Source: Octopus bimaculoides (Eukaryota). Taken from it: a DNA stretch of 64,000 nucleotides. The translations under genes were made by a program, and so were the position numbers. Each line of letters opens with the position of its first letter. Positions within the stretch are counted from its first letter, which is position 1. The stretch spans positions 42,078,777 through 42,142,776 of the forward strand of contig NC_068994.1 in assembly GCF_001194135.2 (NCBI RefSeq), read 5' to 3'. Shown one piece after another: positions 11,211 to 24,929 of this stretch. The notes under the pieces were generated by a model. It had not been told where the DNA came from, made no database searches, and worked only from the letters and a program-made list of their open reading frames with translations.

Positions 11211-12234
11211 GAAGAATCCAGAACTTAATTAGTACTTTACTTTTTATCAACCCTGGAAGGATGACAGGTGAAGTTGACTTCTGTGGGATTAGAACTTGGA
11301 ATGTTTCAAATAAATATATAAATAAATGAATCATGTGATCACGTGATTTATCATGTGATCATGCGATTTATCACATGACTGACCAGGCTATCAGATGCTC
11401 TTACAATTTACTGGTCACAATGTGCTTTTTGCATTGTTTTAGCCTTTGAATGATGGCACCCTGCTTGCTAGGCAAGCAGGCCAACATTCCCCCCCCCCCA
11501 ATCGAAAGAGGGACTGAAGCAACATGAAATGAAGTGTTTTGCTGAAGAACCCAGGGAACTGAACCCATTATCTAGGAGTCATGAGTCGAACAGCCTAACC
11601 ACTAGGCCACACACCTTCACAAATAAATATACTATATAAATAAATAAATATGAAATAAAAAATAAACATTTGCTGTATCTGAACTGAAAATCTGACAGAA
11701 ATATTTTGTTGCTCGTTTTTAAGTAGACAGAAAAGAAAACCTAAATCTGGTGTCAAAAGTTTATGTAAAATCATTAATATGAATGATTGATAACAAATAG
11801 ATATCATAAACACACCTAATTTTCCATAATGATCTTCTGAGCACATCTACAACCAACTTCATAATTTTTCTGGTAGCTGTTGGTAACAGTGGCCATATGC
11901 ATAATAATAAGTGAACCAGCATGACTATATCACCTTTTTTGACTTGTATCTGAGTTTTTTTTAATATTTAATGCATAGTTGCATATACTCTATCAAAGTT
12001 ATTTTTTTTATACTATGTTTATGAGGAATAACTTCACCAAATTCATAAATAGTTTATTTTTTTCACTGTATTATACTTCTTTGTTGGTGTTGATGCTGCT
12101 GTGGTCGTTTTCTTGAGGAAACATTTACGCTTCGCTGCGATTATATGAGTTAATTTAACCAAACAGAAATTAAGGCCAATCAAAAGCTAGTAATTTACGA
12201 GCTTTCTTTCCTTTCTTAATTTTTTTTTTTTTTG

Positions 12235-12571
12235 TTGACTGAGTGGTAAGAAGATTGCTTCTCAAACACATGGTTCTGGGTTTAGTCCCGCTGAGTGGCA
12301 CATTGGGCAAGTGTCTTCTTCTATAGCCTTGGTGAGTGGATTTGGTCAACAAAAACTGAAAGAAGCCCATCGTGTATACTCATTTACGCTCAATTTCAGT
12401 CATTTGATTGCAGCCATGCTGGAGCACCGCCTTTAGTCAAGCAAATCGACCCCAGGACTTATTTTTTGTAAGCCTAGTACTTATTCTATCGGTCACTTTT
12501 TGCCGAACCGCTAAGTTACAGGGGACGTAAACACACCAGCATCGGTTGTCAAGCAATATTGTGTGTGTGTG
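12235..12571. mobile_element. SINE family A head (+) abutting family A tail (-)
   Basis: Head 12240-12375, then reverse-complement tail 12385-12571 running into an assembly gap. Confidence 0.7.
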
Positions 12572-13346
12572 NNNNNNNNNNNNNNNNNNNNNNNNNNNNN
12601 NNNNNNNNNNNNNNNNNNNNNNNNNNNNNNNNNNNNNNNNNNNNNNNNNNNNNNNNNNNNNNNNNNNNNNNNNNNNNNNNNNNNNNNNNNNNNNNNNNNN
12701 NNNNNNNNNNNNNNNNNNNNNNNNNNNNNNNNNNNNNNNNNNNNNNNNNNNNNNNNNNNNNNNNNNNNNNNNNNNNNNNNNNNNNNNNNNNNNNNNNNNN
12801 NNNNNNNNNNNNNNNNNNNNNNNNNNNNNNNNNNNNNNNNNNNNNNNNNNNNNNNNNNNNNNNNNNNNNNNNNNNNNNNNNNNNNNNNNNNNNNNNNNNN
12901 NNNNNNNNNNNNNNNNNNNNNNNNNNNNNNNNNNNNNNNNNNNNNNNNNNNNNNNNNNNNNNNNNNNNNNNNNNNNNNNNNNNNNNNNNNNNNNNNNNNN
13001 NNNNNNNNNNNNNNNNNNNNNNNNNNNNNNNNNNNNNNNNNNNNNNNNNNNNNNNNNNNNNNNNNNNNNNNNNNNNNNNNNNNNNNNNNNNNNNNNNNNN
13101 NNNNNNNNNNNNNNNNNNNNNNNNNNNNNNNNNNNNNNNNNNNNNNNNNNNNNNNNNNNNNNNNNNNNNNNNNNNNNNNNNNNNNNNNNNNNNNNNNNNN
13201 NNNNNNNNNNNNNNNNNNNNNNNNNNNNNNNNNNNNNNNNNNNNNNNNNNNNNNNNNNNNNNNNNNNNNNNNNNNNNNNNNNNNNNNNNNNNNNNNNNNN
13301 NNNNNNNNNNNNNNNNNNNNNNNNNNNNNNNNNNNNNNNNNNNNNN
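12572..13346. other. Assembly gap
   Basis: N run. Other gaps: 10189-10211, 18055-18249, 37260-37269. Confidence 0.99.
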
Positions 13347-13364
13347 TATTATTAGCAGCCATGG

Positions 13365-13790
13365 AAGGTGGCGAGCTGGCAGAAGTGTTAGCATGCTGGG
13401 CGAAATGCTTAGCGGTATTTTGTCTGCCATTACGTTCTGAGTTCAAATTCTGCCGAGGTTGACTTTGCCTTTCATCCTTTTGGGGGGGGTCGATAAATTA
13501 AGTACCAGTTATGCACTGAGTTCGATGTAATCGACTTAATCACTTTGTTTGTCCCCTCTATGTTTAGCCCCTTGTGGGCAATAACGAAATAAGAAACATT
13601 AGCACACCGGGCAAAATGCTTAGCAGTATTTCATCTGTCTCTATGTTCTGAGTTCAAATTCTGCCGAGTTCGACTTTACTTTTCAGCTTTCAGGGTCGAT
13701 AAATGAAGTACCAGTTACGTACTAGGGTCGATCTAATTGACGCCCCCCCCCAAAAAAAAATTTCAGGCCTTGTGCCTAGAGTAGAAAAGA
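13365..13790 (+). mobile_element. SINE family B, tandem dimer
   Basis: The TTAGCA...AAATGCTTAGC...TTCTGAGTTCAAATTCTGCCGAG...AAGTACCAGTT unit occurs twice (13385-13540, 13600-13790). Confidence 0.78.
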
Positions 13791-14648
13791 TTATTAGCAG
13801 CCATGGGTAAGCTTTCTCCTTCCACACTCTCTGTTTGACATTTAACTACCACTTCGACATCTTTTTCCAACAGTTGTTGCTGCCCATTATGTATCTGTAA
13901 ATATTTTGATCTTACATGCATAAACATATGAACGTATGTTTTCTATAATACTTTTACAACATAGTGTTCAAATGGATTTCGTAAAAACATGAAAATAACT
14001 ATGTATATTCTCACAAACTTTACTTGTAACATTACCTTGTTTGATGTCATAAATTAAGATTTATTATATTCAATGTTGAACTCTGATGTTTTACAAACCT
14101 TTACTCATAATCCACCTGCTGTGCTTCTACTTACGAAATAAATCTACCAAGAAAATCAGAAGAGGATTATTTCCAGTTGGTATCAAGAAAATTAAAGCAA
14201 AAACTTATACGTAGTCCATTCTTGATCTTATTTCTATAAGCATTTTTCAAATTTCCTCCATGACTATAATGAAACTAAAACACTGGTGCAGATGTGGCTG
14301 TGTAGTAAGAAGATTGCTTCCCAACTACATTCTTCTGGGTTCAGTCCCACTGTGTGGTGCTTTGGGCAAGTGTTTTCTACTATAGCCTCAGGCTGACCAA
14401 ACCCTCACTATTATAACTAATGGAGTACCAGTTTCAATTAAAACTGGAACTGGTACTAATATAGACTTATAAGCAATATCCCACCTCCTCATAGCTCTAT
14501 GCAAGTTTAATTATCAAATAATGTCTATTGTAATTTGGCATTTTTACAAATTAGATGGCTAATGATGGATCCATTTTAATGATTGAGACCCTGTCATGGG
14601 CTCAAATACTTGCTACAACCCTCTACTAGCTGGTCATGTATTGTATGA

Positions 14649-14879
14649 TTAACCCTTTTATTACCATATTCATTTTAAAACACATGGTTTTTGTTTCAAT
14701 TAATTTTTAATATAATGAAGAATTTAGTAAAATAACCTTGTCCTTATTAAACTGGTTTTTAGGAACACAAATTAACATTAAATTTTAATGAAAGATGTTA
14801 ATTTAGATTACTTTAAAACACAAAGGTGGTATGGTGGAACCAGGGAAATTCTGAGGTTGCTTGGTATCAAAAGGGTTAT
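14649..14879. mobile_element. piggyBac-like MITE, second family
   Basis: TTAA-CCCTTTTATTACC ... GGTATCAAAAGGG-TTAT terminal inverted repeats. Confidence 0.6.
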
Positions 14880-16359
14880 ATACAAATGAGAAACTAATGC
14901 TAAATGTTCCTTACTTTAACTCACCAGACTATTTGGATGGCAGCAACACCTGATAGCAAATCTTGCTTCAATTTCGTTTTTTTTTTCTCTAACATTTTTG
15001 TGTCTCGAATAACTTCTGTACAAGAAATTAAGAAATTAATGGAGTTAAAATTAATGTTTGTCATTTGATTGTAGTGGACAGCTCTACACTACATTGCTTA
15101 AATGTTTTTGATCACATACAATGTTATGTGTTAAGCCTTGACACCATTTAAAACTAATCAATAAATGCTATACTGTTCTGCACAAAAGATGAAGGAAAAA
15201 AAGAATCCAAAATGTTGGTTTGTCCAACACATTATTATTTCCACCAATCACAAGCATTGAAATTTCACCAATTAAAGAACCCAGCTATCTTTCACACATC
15301 CTTATGGTTCTTCCAGTCCTTTTTTGTTTAATAAATAGACTGAATTTCTCACTTTCTTTTTTAGAGATTTCCATAGCTGAGGTAGGGCTTCATATTCTAC
15401 TACAATACTATAAAAAAAGACAATTCTCTCATATTCACTCATTCACTTTCACAGATGGCAAAGAAAATTCTTTATGTAGACATCAATTTCTCACCTTGCT
15501 CTTTCTTTCTCTCACTTTATCTCTCTGTCTGCCTATCTCTCTTTCTCTCCTTCTTCTTGAGTCAATACACATAAAGATAAATACAGAAATACCTTTAATT
15601 AATTATAACCTTCATTTAACAGTCATTCATGCTGGACTTTATTGTTTGTGTTTGCTATCAGTCTGTAGTGGCTGATTTATATTATTAACAAGGATAAATA
15701 TTAAGTTGATAATTAGTAAATATCCTACAGCTTATTAGTTCATACCCTTCAGCATCAATTAATATACTGTGATATAAACATCTTCTCGTTAAAAGACCAT
15801 TAGAATGAACAGAAGAATTTAAATATAAATAGGTATAGGGAATCACATATGCAGTTAGATTTGCTGTGAAATTCATCTCTCGGGGGCCTTTTGGCAGCTT
15901 GGGATATATATTGAACTGAGCAATCTGACTGTCTTTACAGCCTATCAGAGACTCTTTCTCTCTCTCTGTGCACCACCAAGATGCTGAAATAAAGTAGCAG
16001 AAGTCTACTTATTAAAATATAAACAAAACTGTTTCAGGCACAACTTATTTACATAATGATACAAGGATGACAGCTCAACAATAATTATCCAGAGAACTAA
16101 TATGGTGTGTGTTATGAATACACAAATATACAGTGTCATGTCCATATGTATTTAAACTTGCTCTGAAATTACTTCTCCCTGGGGCCTTTTTTGACAGCTT
16201 GCGGGTGAGGATTAAAGTAACTGGTGTTGTTGTTATTTAATAATTTATTAGGATTTACACGCCATTCCTTCTCAAACTCCAAATGATAATAGTGGAAGGT
16301 TACTTATTAAAATGTAAACTGGTATGTTCCTTTCACATCCAAAACTGTCAGAAAGCTTC

Positions 16360-16437
16360 CTATGGGCCTAATTCACAGCAAGAGTAAATACGTATGGATA
16401 TAACTTTGTATATGTGTGTGTATGTGTATGTGTGTGC

Positions 16438-16482
<45 letters not shown>

Positions 16483-16520
16483 CATAATATATGTATACAT
16501 GTACACATATATAAATACAA

Positions 16521-16570
<50 letters not shown>

Positions 16571-16730
16571 CACAGGCACATACATATATATACATATATA
16601 CATAATATATGTATACATGTACACATGTATAAATACAAATATAATATAATATATATATATGCATATATAATATATATATGTATATGTTTATATATGTGTG
16701 TTGTGTGTGTGTGTGTGTGTGTGTGTATGA
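16360..16730. repeat. Compound (TA)n/(TG)n microsatellite
   Basis: Visible dinucleotide arrays; source of the YI/HT-rich pseudo-ORFs. Confidence 0.95.
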
Positions 16731-16799
16731 GGAACTGACAAAGGACTGGGAGATGTGATTTGCTGTACTTGATAAGACATGTTGAGCTATGTAAAATTG

Positions 16800-17130
16800 C
16801 TGTTTTCCACACATACAGGCTTGTCCGTTTGAGTGCTGGTGCCACTTAAAAAAGCACCTGTGCCAGTGCTGCGTTAATGCACCCATGCTCGTGCTGCATT
16901 TGCAGTGCTGTGTTAATGCACCCATCCCAGTGCTGCATTAATGCACCCAAGCTGGCAGCTTGTAAAATGCTCCCAGCACACTCTGTTAAGTGGCTGGCAT
17001 TAGGAAGGGCATCCAGCTGTAGAAACCATGCTTCAACAGACAGCTGGAGTTTGGACAGCTCCCTACTAGCCAGCTCTATGTCAAATTGTCCAACCCATAC
17101 CAGCATGGAAAGCAGACATTAAATGATTAT
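16800..17130 (+). mobile_element. RTE-tailed short element with internal ~22-bp tandem repeat
   Basis: CAGTGCTGYRTTAATGCACCCA occurs three times, then the GGCATTAGGAAGGGCATCCAGCTGTAGAAAC tail and (GAT)n. Confidence 0.65.
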
Positions 17131-17152
17131 GATGATCATGACGATGACTATG

Positions 17153-17205
<53 letters not shown>

Positions 17206-17240
17206 ATATGTATGCATATATGTATGTATATGTGTAAGTG

Positions 17241-17278
<38 letters not shown>

Positions 17279-17280
17279 CG

Positions 17281-17700
17281 CATGGCTGCGTGGTAAGAGG
17301 TTTGCTTCCCAACCATGTTTCTGGGTTCAGTCTTGCTGTGTGGCACCTAGGGCAAGCATCTTCTTCTATTATCATAGACCAACTAAAGCTTTGTGAGTGA
17401 ATTCAGTAGACAGAAACTGAAAGGTACCCATTTGCACTTATGTATTTATCTCTGTGTATGTGTGTGTGTGTCTTTGTGGCTGTGCTGTACCCCACCACTG
17501 CTTTGACAACTGGTGCTGGTTTGTTTATGTCCTCTGCAAATGAGTTGTTCACCAAAAAAGACCAATAGAATAAGTACAAGGCTTAAAAAGAAATAATAAG
17601 TACTGCGGTTGATTCGTTCAACTAAACATCTTCCATGTTGGTGCCCCAGCATGGCTGCAGTCTAATGACTAAAACAAGTAAAAGATGAAAGATAAAAGAT
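17281..17700 (+). mobile_element. SINE family A, full length
   Basis: Same head and tail as 3795-4185. Confidence 0.8.
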
Positions 17701-18019
17701 GTATATGATTTATCTCTCTCTGTATGCATACATATATACATACATACATACATGTATATATTTATATACACACAAACGTGCACACACACATACACACACA
17801 TATATACATATATATATATGGAAAAATTTTGGATGCTAAACACTCCTGTTCAAAAATATAAGGATACAGATAGTGTGTCGAATAGCCAGCTGGAGACGAT
17901 GTTTTCTGGGGCTAAATAACTGTAACATTCATCCCCAACAGGGACGAATGTTACATTATGTTGGAAAATAATCTTTACTATATATATATATATATATATC
18001 CATGAAAATAGGGATAAAA

Positions 18020-18054
<35 letters not shown>

Positions 18055-19018
18055 NNNNNNNNNNNNNNNNNNNNNNNNNNNNNNNNNNNNNNNNNNNNNN
18101 NNNNNNNNNNNNNNNNNNNNNNNNNNNNNNNNNNNNNNNNNNNNNNNNNNNNNNNNNNNNNNNNNNNNNNNNNNNNNNNNNNNNNNNNNNNNNNNNNNNN
18201 NNNNNNNNNNNNNNNNNNNNNNNNNNNNNNNNNNNNNNNNNNNNNNNNNATATACGTATGTATGTATGTATATATGCGTATATAATTGGTTATAACAATG
18301 TATATATATTCATTCATGACCTACGATCTACTGGTAATCTATTCTGCTAGTTACAATTTATAATATTGTTTTAGAGAATAAAGATTCTTAGGAATGTAGT
18401 TTTATAGTAAGAATGAAAATGAGTAATTACAGTTAAGAGAAACAGCAGAAAGATTTAACAAAATAGTAGGTATCATTAAGTTGTGGACGAGAATGGAGAA
18501 GACATATAACCATTTCTAAGATTTTAAAACGAATGTAATGGACTGAATGAACTGTTAGTACTAAATTTATGTATGAGAAGCAAGGTTAACACAACGCCTA
18601 TAAAATCTGAAATTGGAATATAAGGGAGATAACTAAGTGTAGAATAATGTGCAAATAAGGACGTCTCTATGTGGACACTTGATCTTCAAGAAATAATAGT
18701 CAAACTTAACCAGTCTTAAAAAAAAACTATCTTATAAAACGGATTCATTAGATAATGTTGTCTGGATTACGGAAGAAAATAAAAACAGTGATGCTTTTGA
18801 TTGAAAACGGTATCTTGACTGGGATTAAATAACAACAACAACAAAAATGAAAACAACAGCCGCAGCGACGACGATGACGACGACGGCGACAACAACAACA
18901 ACAACAACAACAACAATTGCACTCGACTCGACTTAGTTCTGAAGAGTATTTATTCATAATCTCAATTATTTGGGAAATTCTGCTGGGGTAGGAGTACAAG
19001 CGCACACACACGCATATA

Positions 19019-19079
<61 letters not shown>

Positions 19080-19267
19080 GTATGTATGTATGCATGCATT
19101 TATAGATACACACACACACACACATATATATATGTGTGTGTGTGTATACATACATATATATATATTATAGTGGGGTAAGCCAGCTTATGAAATTACCCTG
19201 GGTTTCTCGCTCAGAAGGGGTTTAGCCTTACAGCGTATCTTCAAATCTCAGACACACACATATATAT

Positions 19268-19312
<45 letters not shown>

Positions 19313-19512
19313 TATCATTTTCATCATTTAACACCCATTTTTCATACTGGCTTGCATTAGACAGTTTAACTGGAACCAGTAAGCCGGAAAACTGCACTGC
19401 ACTCCAGTCTGTTTTGGCTTGGTTTCTACAGCTGGATACCCTTCCTAATGCCAACCACTCTACAGAGTCTAGTGGGGGCCTTTTACATGTCATATATATA
19501 TATAGATATATA

Positions 19513-20845
19513 TCATCATCATCATCATCGTTTAACGTCCGCTTTCCATGCTAGCATGGGTTGGACGATTTGACTGAGGACTGGTGAAACCGGATGGCAA
19601 CACCAAGCTCCAGTCTGATTTGGCAGAGTTTCTACAGCTGGATGCCCTTCCTAACGCCAACCACTCAGAGAGTGTAGTGGGTGCTTTTACGTGTCACCCG
19701 CACGAAAACGGCCACGCTCGAAATGGTGTCTTTTATGTGCCACCCGCACANNNNNNNNNNNNNNNNNNNNNNNNNNNNNNNNNNNNNNNNNNNNNNNNNN
19801 NNNNNNNNNNNNNNNNNNNNNNNNNNNNNNNNNNNNNNNNNNNNNNNNNNNNNNNNNNNNNNNNNNNNNNNNNNNNNNNNNNNNNNNNNNNNNNNNNNNN
19901 NNNNNNNNNNNNNNNNNNNNNNNNNNNNNNNNNNNNNNNNNNNNNNNNNNNNNNNNNNNNNNNNNNNNNNNNNNNNNNNNNNNNNNNNNNNNNNNNNNNN
20001 NNNNNNNNNNNNNNNNNNNNNNNNNNNNNNNNNNNNNNNNNNNNNNNNNNNNNNNNNNNNNNNNNNNNNNNNNNNNNNNNNNNNNNNNNNNNNNNNNNNN
20101 NNNNNNNNNNNNNNNNNNNNNNNNNNNNNNNNNNNNNNNNNNNNNNNNNNNNNNNNNNNNNNNNNNNNNNNNNNNNNNNNNNNNNNNNNNNNNNNNNNNN
20201 NNNNNNNNNNNNNNNNNNNNNNNNNNNNNNNNNNNNNNNNNNNNNNNNNNNNNNNNNNNNNNNNNNNNNNNNNNNNNNNNNNNNNNNNNNNNNNNNNNNN
20301 NNNNNNNNNNNNNNNNNNNNNNNNNNNNNNNNNNNNNNNNNNNNNNNNNNNNNNNNNNNNNNNNNNNNNNNNNNNNNNNNNNNNNNNNNNNNNNNNNNNN
20401 NNNNNNNNNNNNNNNNNNNNNNNNNNNNNNNNNNNNNNNNNNNNNNNNNNNNNNNNNNNNNNNNNNNNNNNNNNNNNNNNNNNNNNNNNNNNNNNNNNNN
20501 NNNNNNNNNNNNNNNNNNNNNNNNNNNNNNNNNNNNNNNNNNNNNNNNNNNNNNNNNNNNNAGAAGTTGTTTCCTGTTTGTTTGCAGTCTTTATTGCACC
20601 TGAACATCTGCCACAAACAAAAACTAACTTGCTAGTTAACCTGCCTTTGATGTTGCTGCACCTCTTATGTGTCCATAGCTTGCACCGGGTACATCTTATA
20701 GAGTTACTACCTACTCCTTTTCTACATACTGAGCAGGGCCATCTACCTGAAGGGGTTTGTGTTTTATCTACCTTCCTACTTATTAGGATTTTGGTTTTAG
20801 CTAGGTTGACTCTAAGGCCCTTCAACCTAGCTGGGGGAAGGGCCT
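19513..20845 (-). mobile_element. 5'-truncated RTE-type LINE spanning an assembly gap
   Basis: 3' UTR and (GAT)n tail at 19513-19750 nearly identical to the reverse complement of 51650-51890. 20562-20845 encodes the end of the RT (GLRVNLAKTK) followed by a Cys-rich PHD-like finger (CSVC...CTRC...HKRC...CGRC). Linking the two parts across the gap is inferred. Confidence 0.75.
19751..20561. other. Assembly gap
   Basis: N run within the inferred RTE copy. Confidence 0.99.
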
Positions 20846-21765
20846 TTGGGTCATCCCATAAATAATATGGTTTTTTCAGTTGCATGAACTAAAAGTCAGA
20901 GGGGGATGGGATAAACTACCTGGATCAACTTACTTAAAAGCAGGTAGTACTTTTACTTTGTACGTATTCTCAGTGCAAGTCTTGAAGAGTGTAGTTCGAT
21001 TTTAACAGTTATTTTTTCAAAGCTATAATGGAAGTGACAAATGAGTATATTTGGCATATTTTGTTTTATGGGTTCAATAGAGGCAACAACGCAACAGAAA
21101 GTGTGAGGAATATTAATGCAGTATATGGGATCAAACAATAAGCATAAGCCAGTGCCAACAGTGGTTCCAGAAATTCTGAGACAGAAACTACAGCTTAGAA
21201 GACGAGCCTTATCTTGGAAGATCTGTAGAGTTTGATAAGGACATCCTGCAAACCCTAGTGGAACAAAACCCCATCACAACTGTTGAACTAGCAAAGAAGT
21301 TTGGATGTGGTCATTCGACCATTCATCAACACCAGCGCTAGAAGAAAAACGACCATCTTTGGTTTCACATCGAAAGGTGTTCTTCCATCAGGATAATGTT
21401 CAGCCACATACAGCAAGGATGACATTCCAAAGGCTGGAGCAGTTTGAAGGGAAATAATGCCCTACCCACCTTATTCGTCGAACATTGCCCCATCTGATTA
21501 TCATTTATTCCGTAGTCTTCTAAATCATTTGGACAGAAAAGATATGAATCCTGTAGATGCGGTCAGAACAGTAGTGGAGGAATATTTTTCATCACGGACA
21601 AGTGAATTTTGGAAAAAGGGCCTTGTAAGTCTACCAGATAGATGGAAGAGCATTGTAGAAAATGAAGGAGAGTATATTTTAGATTAAAAAAGAACTTTGT
21701 TTATCTTAATTTTGAAAAATAAAAGAAGTATAAAAAGACCACATTATTCATGGGATGATCCAATA
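20846..21765 (+). mobile_element. Mariner (Tc1/mariner) transposon, internally deleted pseudogene
   Basis: TIRs TTGGGTCATCCCATAAATAAT (20846) and ATTATTCATGGGATGATCCAA-TA (to 21765). Transposase remnants MEVTNEYIWHILFYGFNRGNNATES, HQDNV.PH and PYSSNIAPSDYHLFRSL (YSPDL-like), with frameshifts. Confidence 0.88.
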
Positions 21766-21785
21766 TATATATATATATATATATA

Positions 21786-22513
21786 NNNNNNNNNNNNNNN
21801 NNNNNNNNNNNNNNNNNNNNNNNNNNNNNNNNNNNNNNNNNNNNNNNNNNNNNNNNNNNNNNNNNNNNNNNNNNNNNNNNNNNNNNNNNNNNNNNNNNNN
21901 NNNNNNNNNNNNNNNNNNNNNNNNNNNNNNNNNNNNNNNNNNNNNNNNNNNNNNNNNNNNNNNNNNNNNNNNNNNNNNNNNNNNNNNNNNNNNNNNNNNN
22001 NNNNNNNNNNNNNNNNNNNNNNNNNNNNNNNNNNNNNNNNNNNNNNNNNNNNNNNNNNNNNNNNNNNNNNNNNNNNNNNNNNNNNNNNNNNNNNNNNNNN
22101 NNNNNNNNNNNNNNNNNNNNNNNNNNNNNNNNNNNNNNNNNNNNNNNNNNNNNNNNNNNNNNNNNNNNNNNNNNNNNNNNNNNNNNNNNNNNNNNNNNNN
22201 NNNNNNNNNNNNNNNNNNNNNNNNNNNNNNNNNNNNNNNNNNNNNNNNNNNNNNNNNNNNNNNNNNNNNNNNNNNNNNNNNNNNNNNNNNNNNNNNNNNN
22301 NNNNNNNNNNNNNNNNNNNNNNNNNNNNNNNNNNNNNNNNNNNNNNNNNNNNNNNNNNNNNNNNNNNNNNNNNNNNNNNNNNNNNNNNNNNNNNNNNNNN
22401 NNNNNNNNNNNNNNNNNNNNNNNNNNNNNNNNNNNNNNNNNNNNNNNNNNNNNNNNNNNNNNNNNNNNNNNNNNNNNNNNNNNNNNNNNNNNNNNNNNNN
22501 NNNNNNNNNNNNN
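21786..22513. other. Assembly gap
   Basis: N run after (TA)n. Confidence 0.99.
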
Positions 22514-23061
22514 TCATAATCGGTCATAATGTCTTACGTTTAAGATGATTCCCATGCTTTCCCTGATGAGAAGGTTACAATTTTAATATCAAAGATCCCT
22601 ATGGATCACACAGGTTGTAATCCTTTGAAACATATGTAGGAATAAAGTATGCAATTATAACATGCGTCTTCTCCAATCCTTAAATTCTTAAATATACTCA
22701 AATACCCAAAATTTCAAGGAGTTCCTGCCTTAAAAACAGGAGCTAACCACAGTTATTTTGTGTTCTTTGCTACATTGGTTTCTATTAACCCATTTATTCT
22801 ATCAGAAGAATTTTTATTCATTAAGATAGAAGAAATACACATAATTATATATATATATATATACATGCACAAAATGGGCTTCTACATAGTTTCCATTTGC
22901 CAAATTCACTCACAAAGCATTTGTTAGTATGGGACCATAGAAGACATTTATCCAAGGTGCTATGCAATGGGACTGAATCTGAAACCACCTGGCTAGAAAG
23001 TTAGCTTCTTAACCACAGAGCCAAACCTCATGTGCATAAGAAAAATGTCTACTGTTTTCAC

Positions 23062-23325
23062 CAGTGGTTTTCAACGAGGGTCTATATGGCCTTTGGGGGT
23101 CCGTATAAGATTTTGTTGTTGAAATTTATTGGCAGTAAATTGGTTATACTTCTACAATAAACAAAATATTTTACCAATATTTTTATACTGTTCTTAATAA
23201 TATTTGATTATGATAATATAATAGGAATTTTTTTTTAACATTGAATGGCTATTAGGGGCCAATAGAATAGAATAGGAAGCAAAGGGGTCCATAGGCAAAA
23301 AGAAAAAAAAGGTCGAGAACAACTG
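23062..23325. mobile_element. hAT-type MITE
   Basis: TIRs CAGTGGTTTTCAAC / GTCGAGAACAACTG; 8-bp target-site duplication GTTTTCAC / GTTTACAC. Confidence 0.8.
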
Positions 23326-24929
23326 GTTTACACTTTTATTTGATTTTCTGATCTTGGTAATAATTATATTAACTTTAATAAGACATATTTTATATGATGA
23401 AACAATCTAAGAATAAGGGGTAAGATCTTTGAGCAATGTCAGGAATTTGGTTGAAGAAATGAAAGAAATTACCAGTAGAGAGTATACAAGAAAAGTGAGA
23501 AAATTATTGCAGTCAAAGCAATCACTAACACTCACCTGCTTCCAAGCAAGGTGATATTTTCCCATAAATAGAAAGACTGGAAATGAACAACCTCGCTTAT
23601 ATGATGGTGTTGCTTGTAGGCAACAGAACTGAACCCAAGACCACATGGTCACAAAGCAAAGTTCCTAACCACACAGCCATGCCTGTGCTTACTAAATATA
23701 GCCAAAACATATTTTAATTAGTCAGAATTATATCCATAATGAAGTGAAAAGTCATTATGCCTAAATGAATAATTCTGGTCAAAAAATGCAAGAGAATTAA
23801 CTCTGAAATCTAAATTAACAGACAAAATAAATTGAATATTTAGAGTCAGAAATTCTAATTGAATGCTTCATTGATTAACTCTCTGTGTTGTTCAATAGAT
23901 TTGCTCAAGCAAAGCTAACCGGCACAAACTACCAACAGAGCAAACACTCATTTTAAATGCTTTTGACATAAAAGTATTTTTTATTCTGGAATTAACAAAT
24001 TTTGGGCACTAAAACAGCAGTAGAGCAATTGTGATTAGAAAACATTTATTGAGAAGGAAATTTCCCAATAAATGGTTTCAATAATTTTTTTTTTTTTTTT
24101 GCATTTGCATTTCATTTCTATTTTATTTATTTATTTATTTATTTATTTCATAGTATTAACATTGACTATTTGTTTAGTCTTCCCAAATATAGTTTGGCAA
24201 TGTTTGCGAATTAATTCCATCTCCTTCCCAAAGTTTAATCTTCAATATATATATATATATATACACATACACACACACACTCCTCTATTCCTTTATTTTC
24301 TTCACAAGCATTCATATAATTTCTTTTGTCACTGTCTCTGCAGCTCAGTTTTGTATTGACATTTTACCATATATTGATGTTAAAGCAAATATGTGCCTCG
24401 TAAAAACAATATTTTTTCAGGATGTTCAATGAAAATATCAATTGACCAGATGGCATGCAACTGTTCATGTAGTCACACAATGGAATTTGGCTAATATAAT
24501 CAATTAAAATAATTTCCTTTAACATACAATGGATTATTGTATTTGTGATTGGTGCTAGGAGCTTCCTGTAGGAACACTGATGAAATTTTTGACATTGAAC
24601 ATGTTTGTTATTAAGGTGGTATCTTAAATACCAACCTTCACAATATGTGAAGTGGTAGAAAAAATAAAATAAAATGGAAGTTTTTACTTTAGAATAACTG
24701 CCTGATATTAATTCACCCAACAACAGAAATATAACCGTGATACTACCATGATGAGAACAAAGGATTACTACTGTTTAGTTAATAGAAAATATTAATTCTG
24801 TAGTACAGTGATGTGTTAGATTTGATTCTAAGTCCTAAAAAAGCAGTTAAAAGATTAAATGGTACCAAAATTCCAAATGTAGTGTGGCAAGAAGTTTTAA
24901 TTTATTCCCAGAGGTTAAAGACTAATTTC

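Noticed and set aside
15220-15675. 151-aa ORF
   Set aside because: TTG start, low-complexity pyrimidine tract, no motifs or splice support.
16860-16960. Short spaced repeats that could suggest a CRISPR array (also 57050-57220)
   Set aside because: Irregular tandem units inside eukaryotic SINE-like elements; no unique spacers or cas genes.
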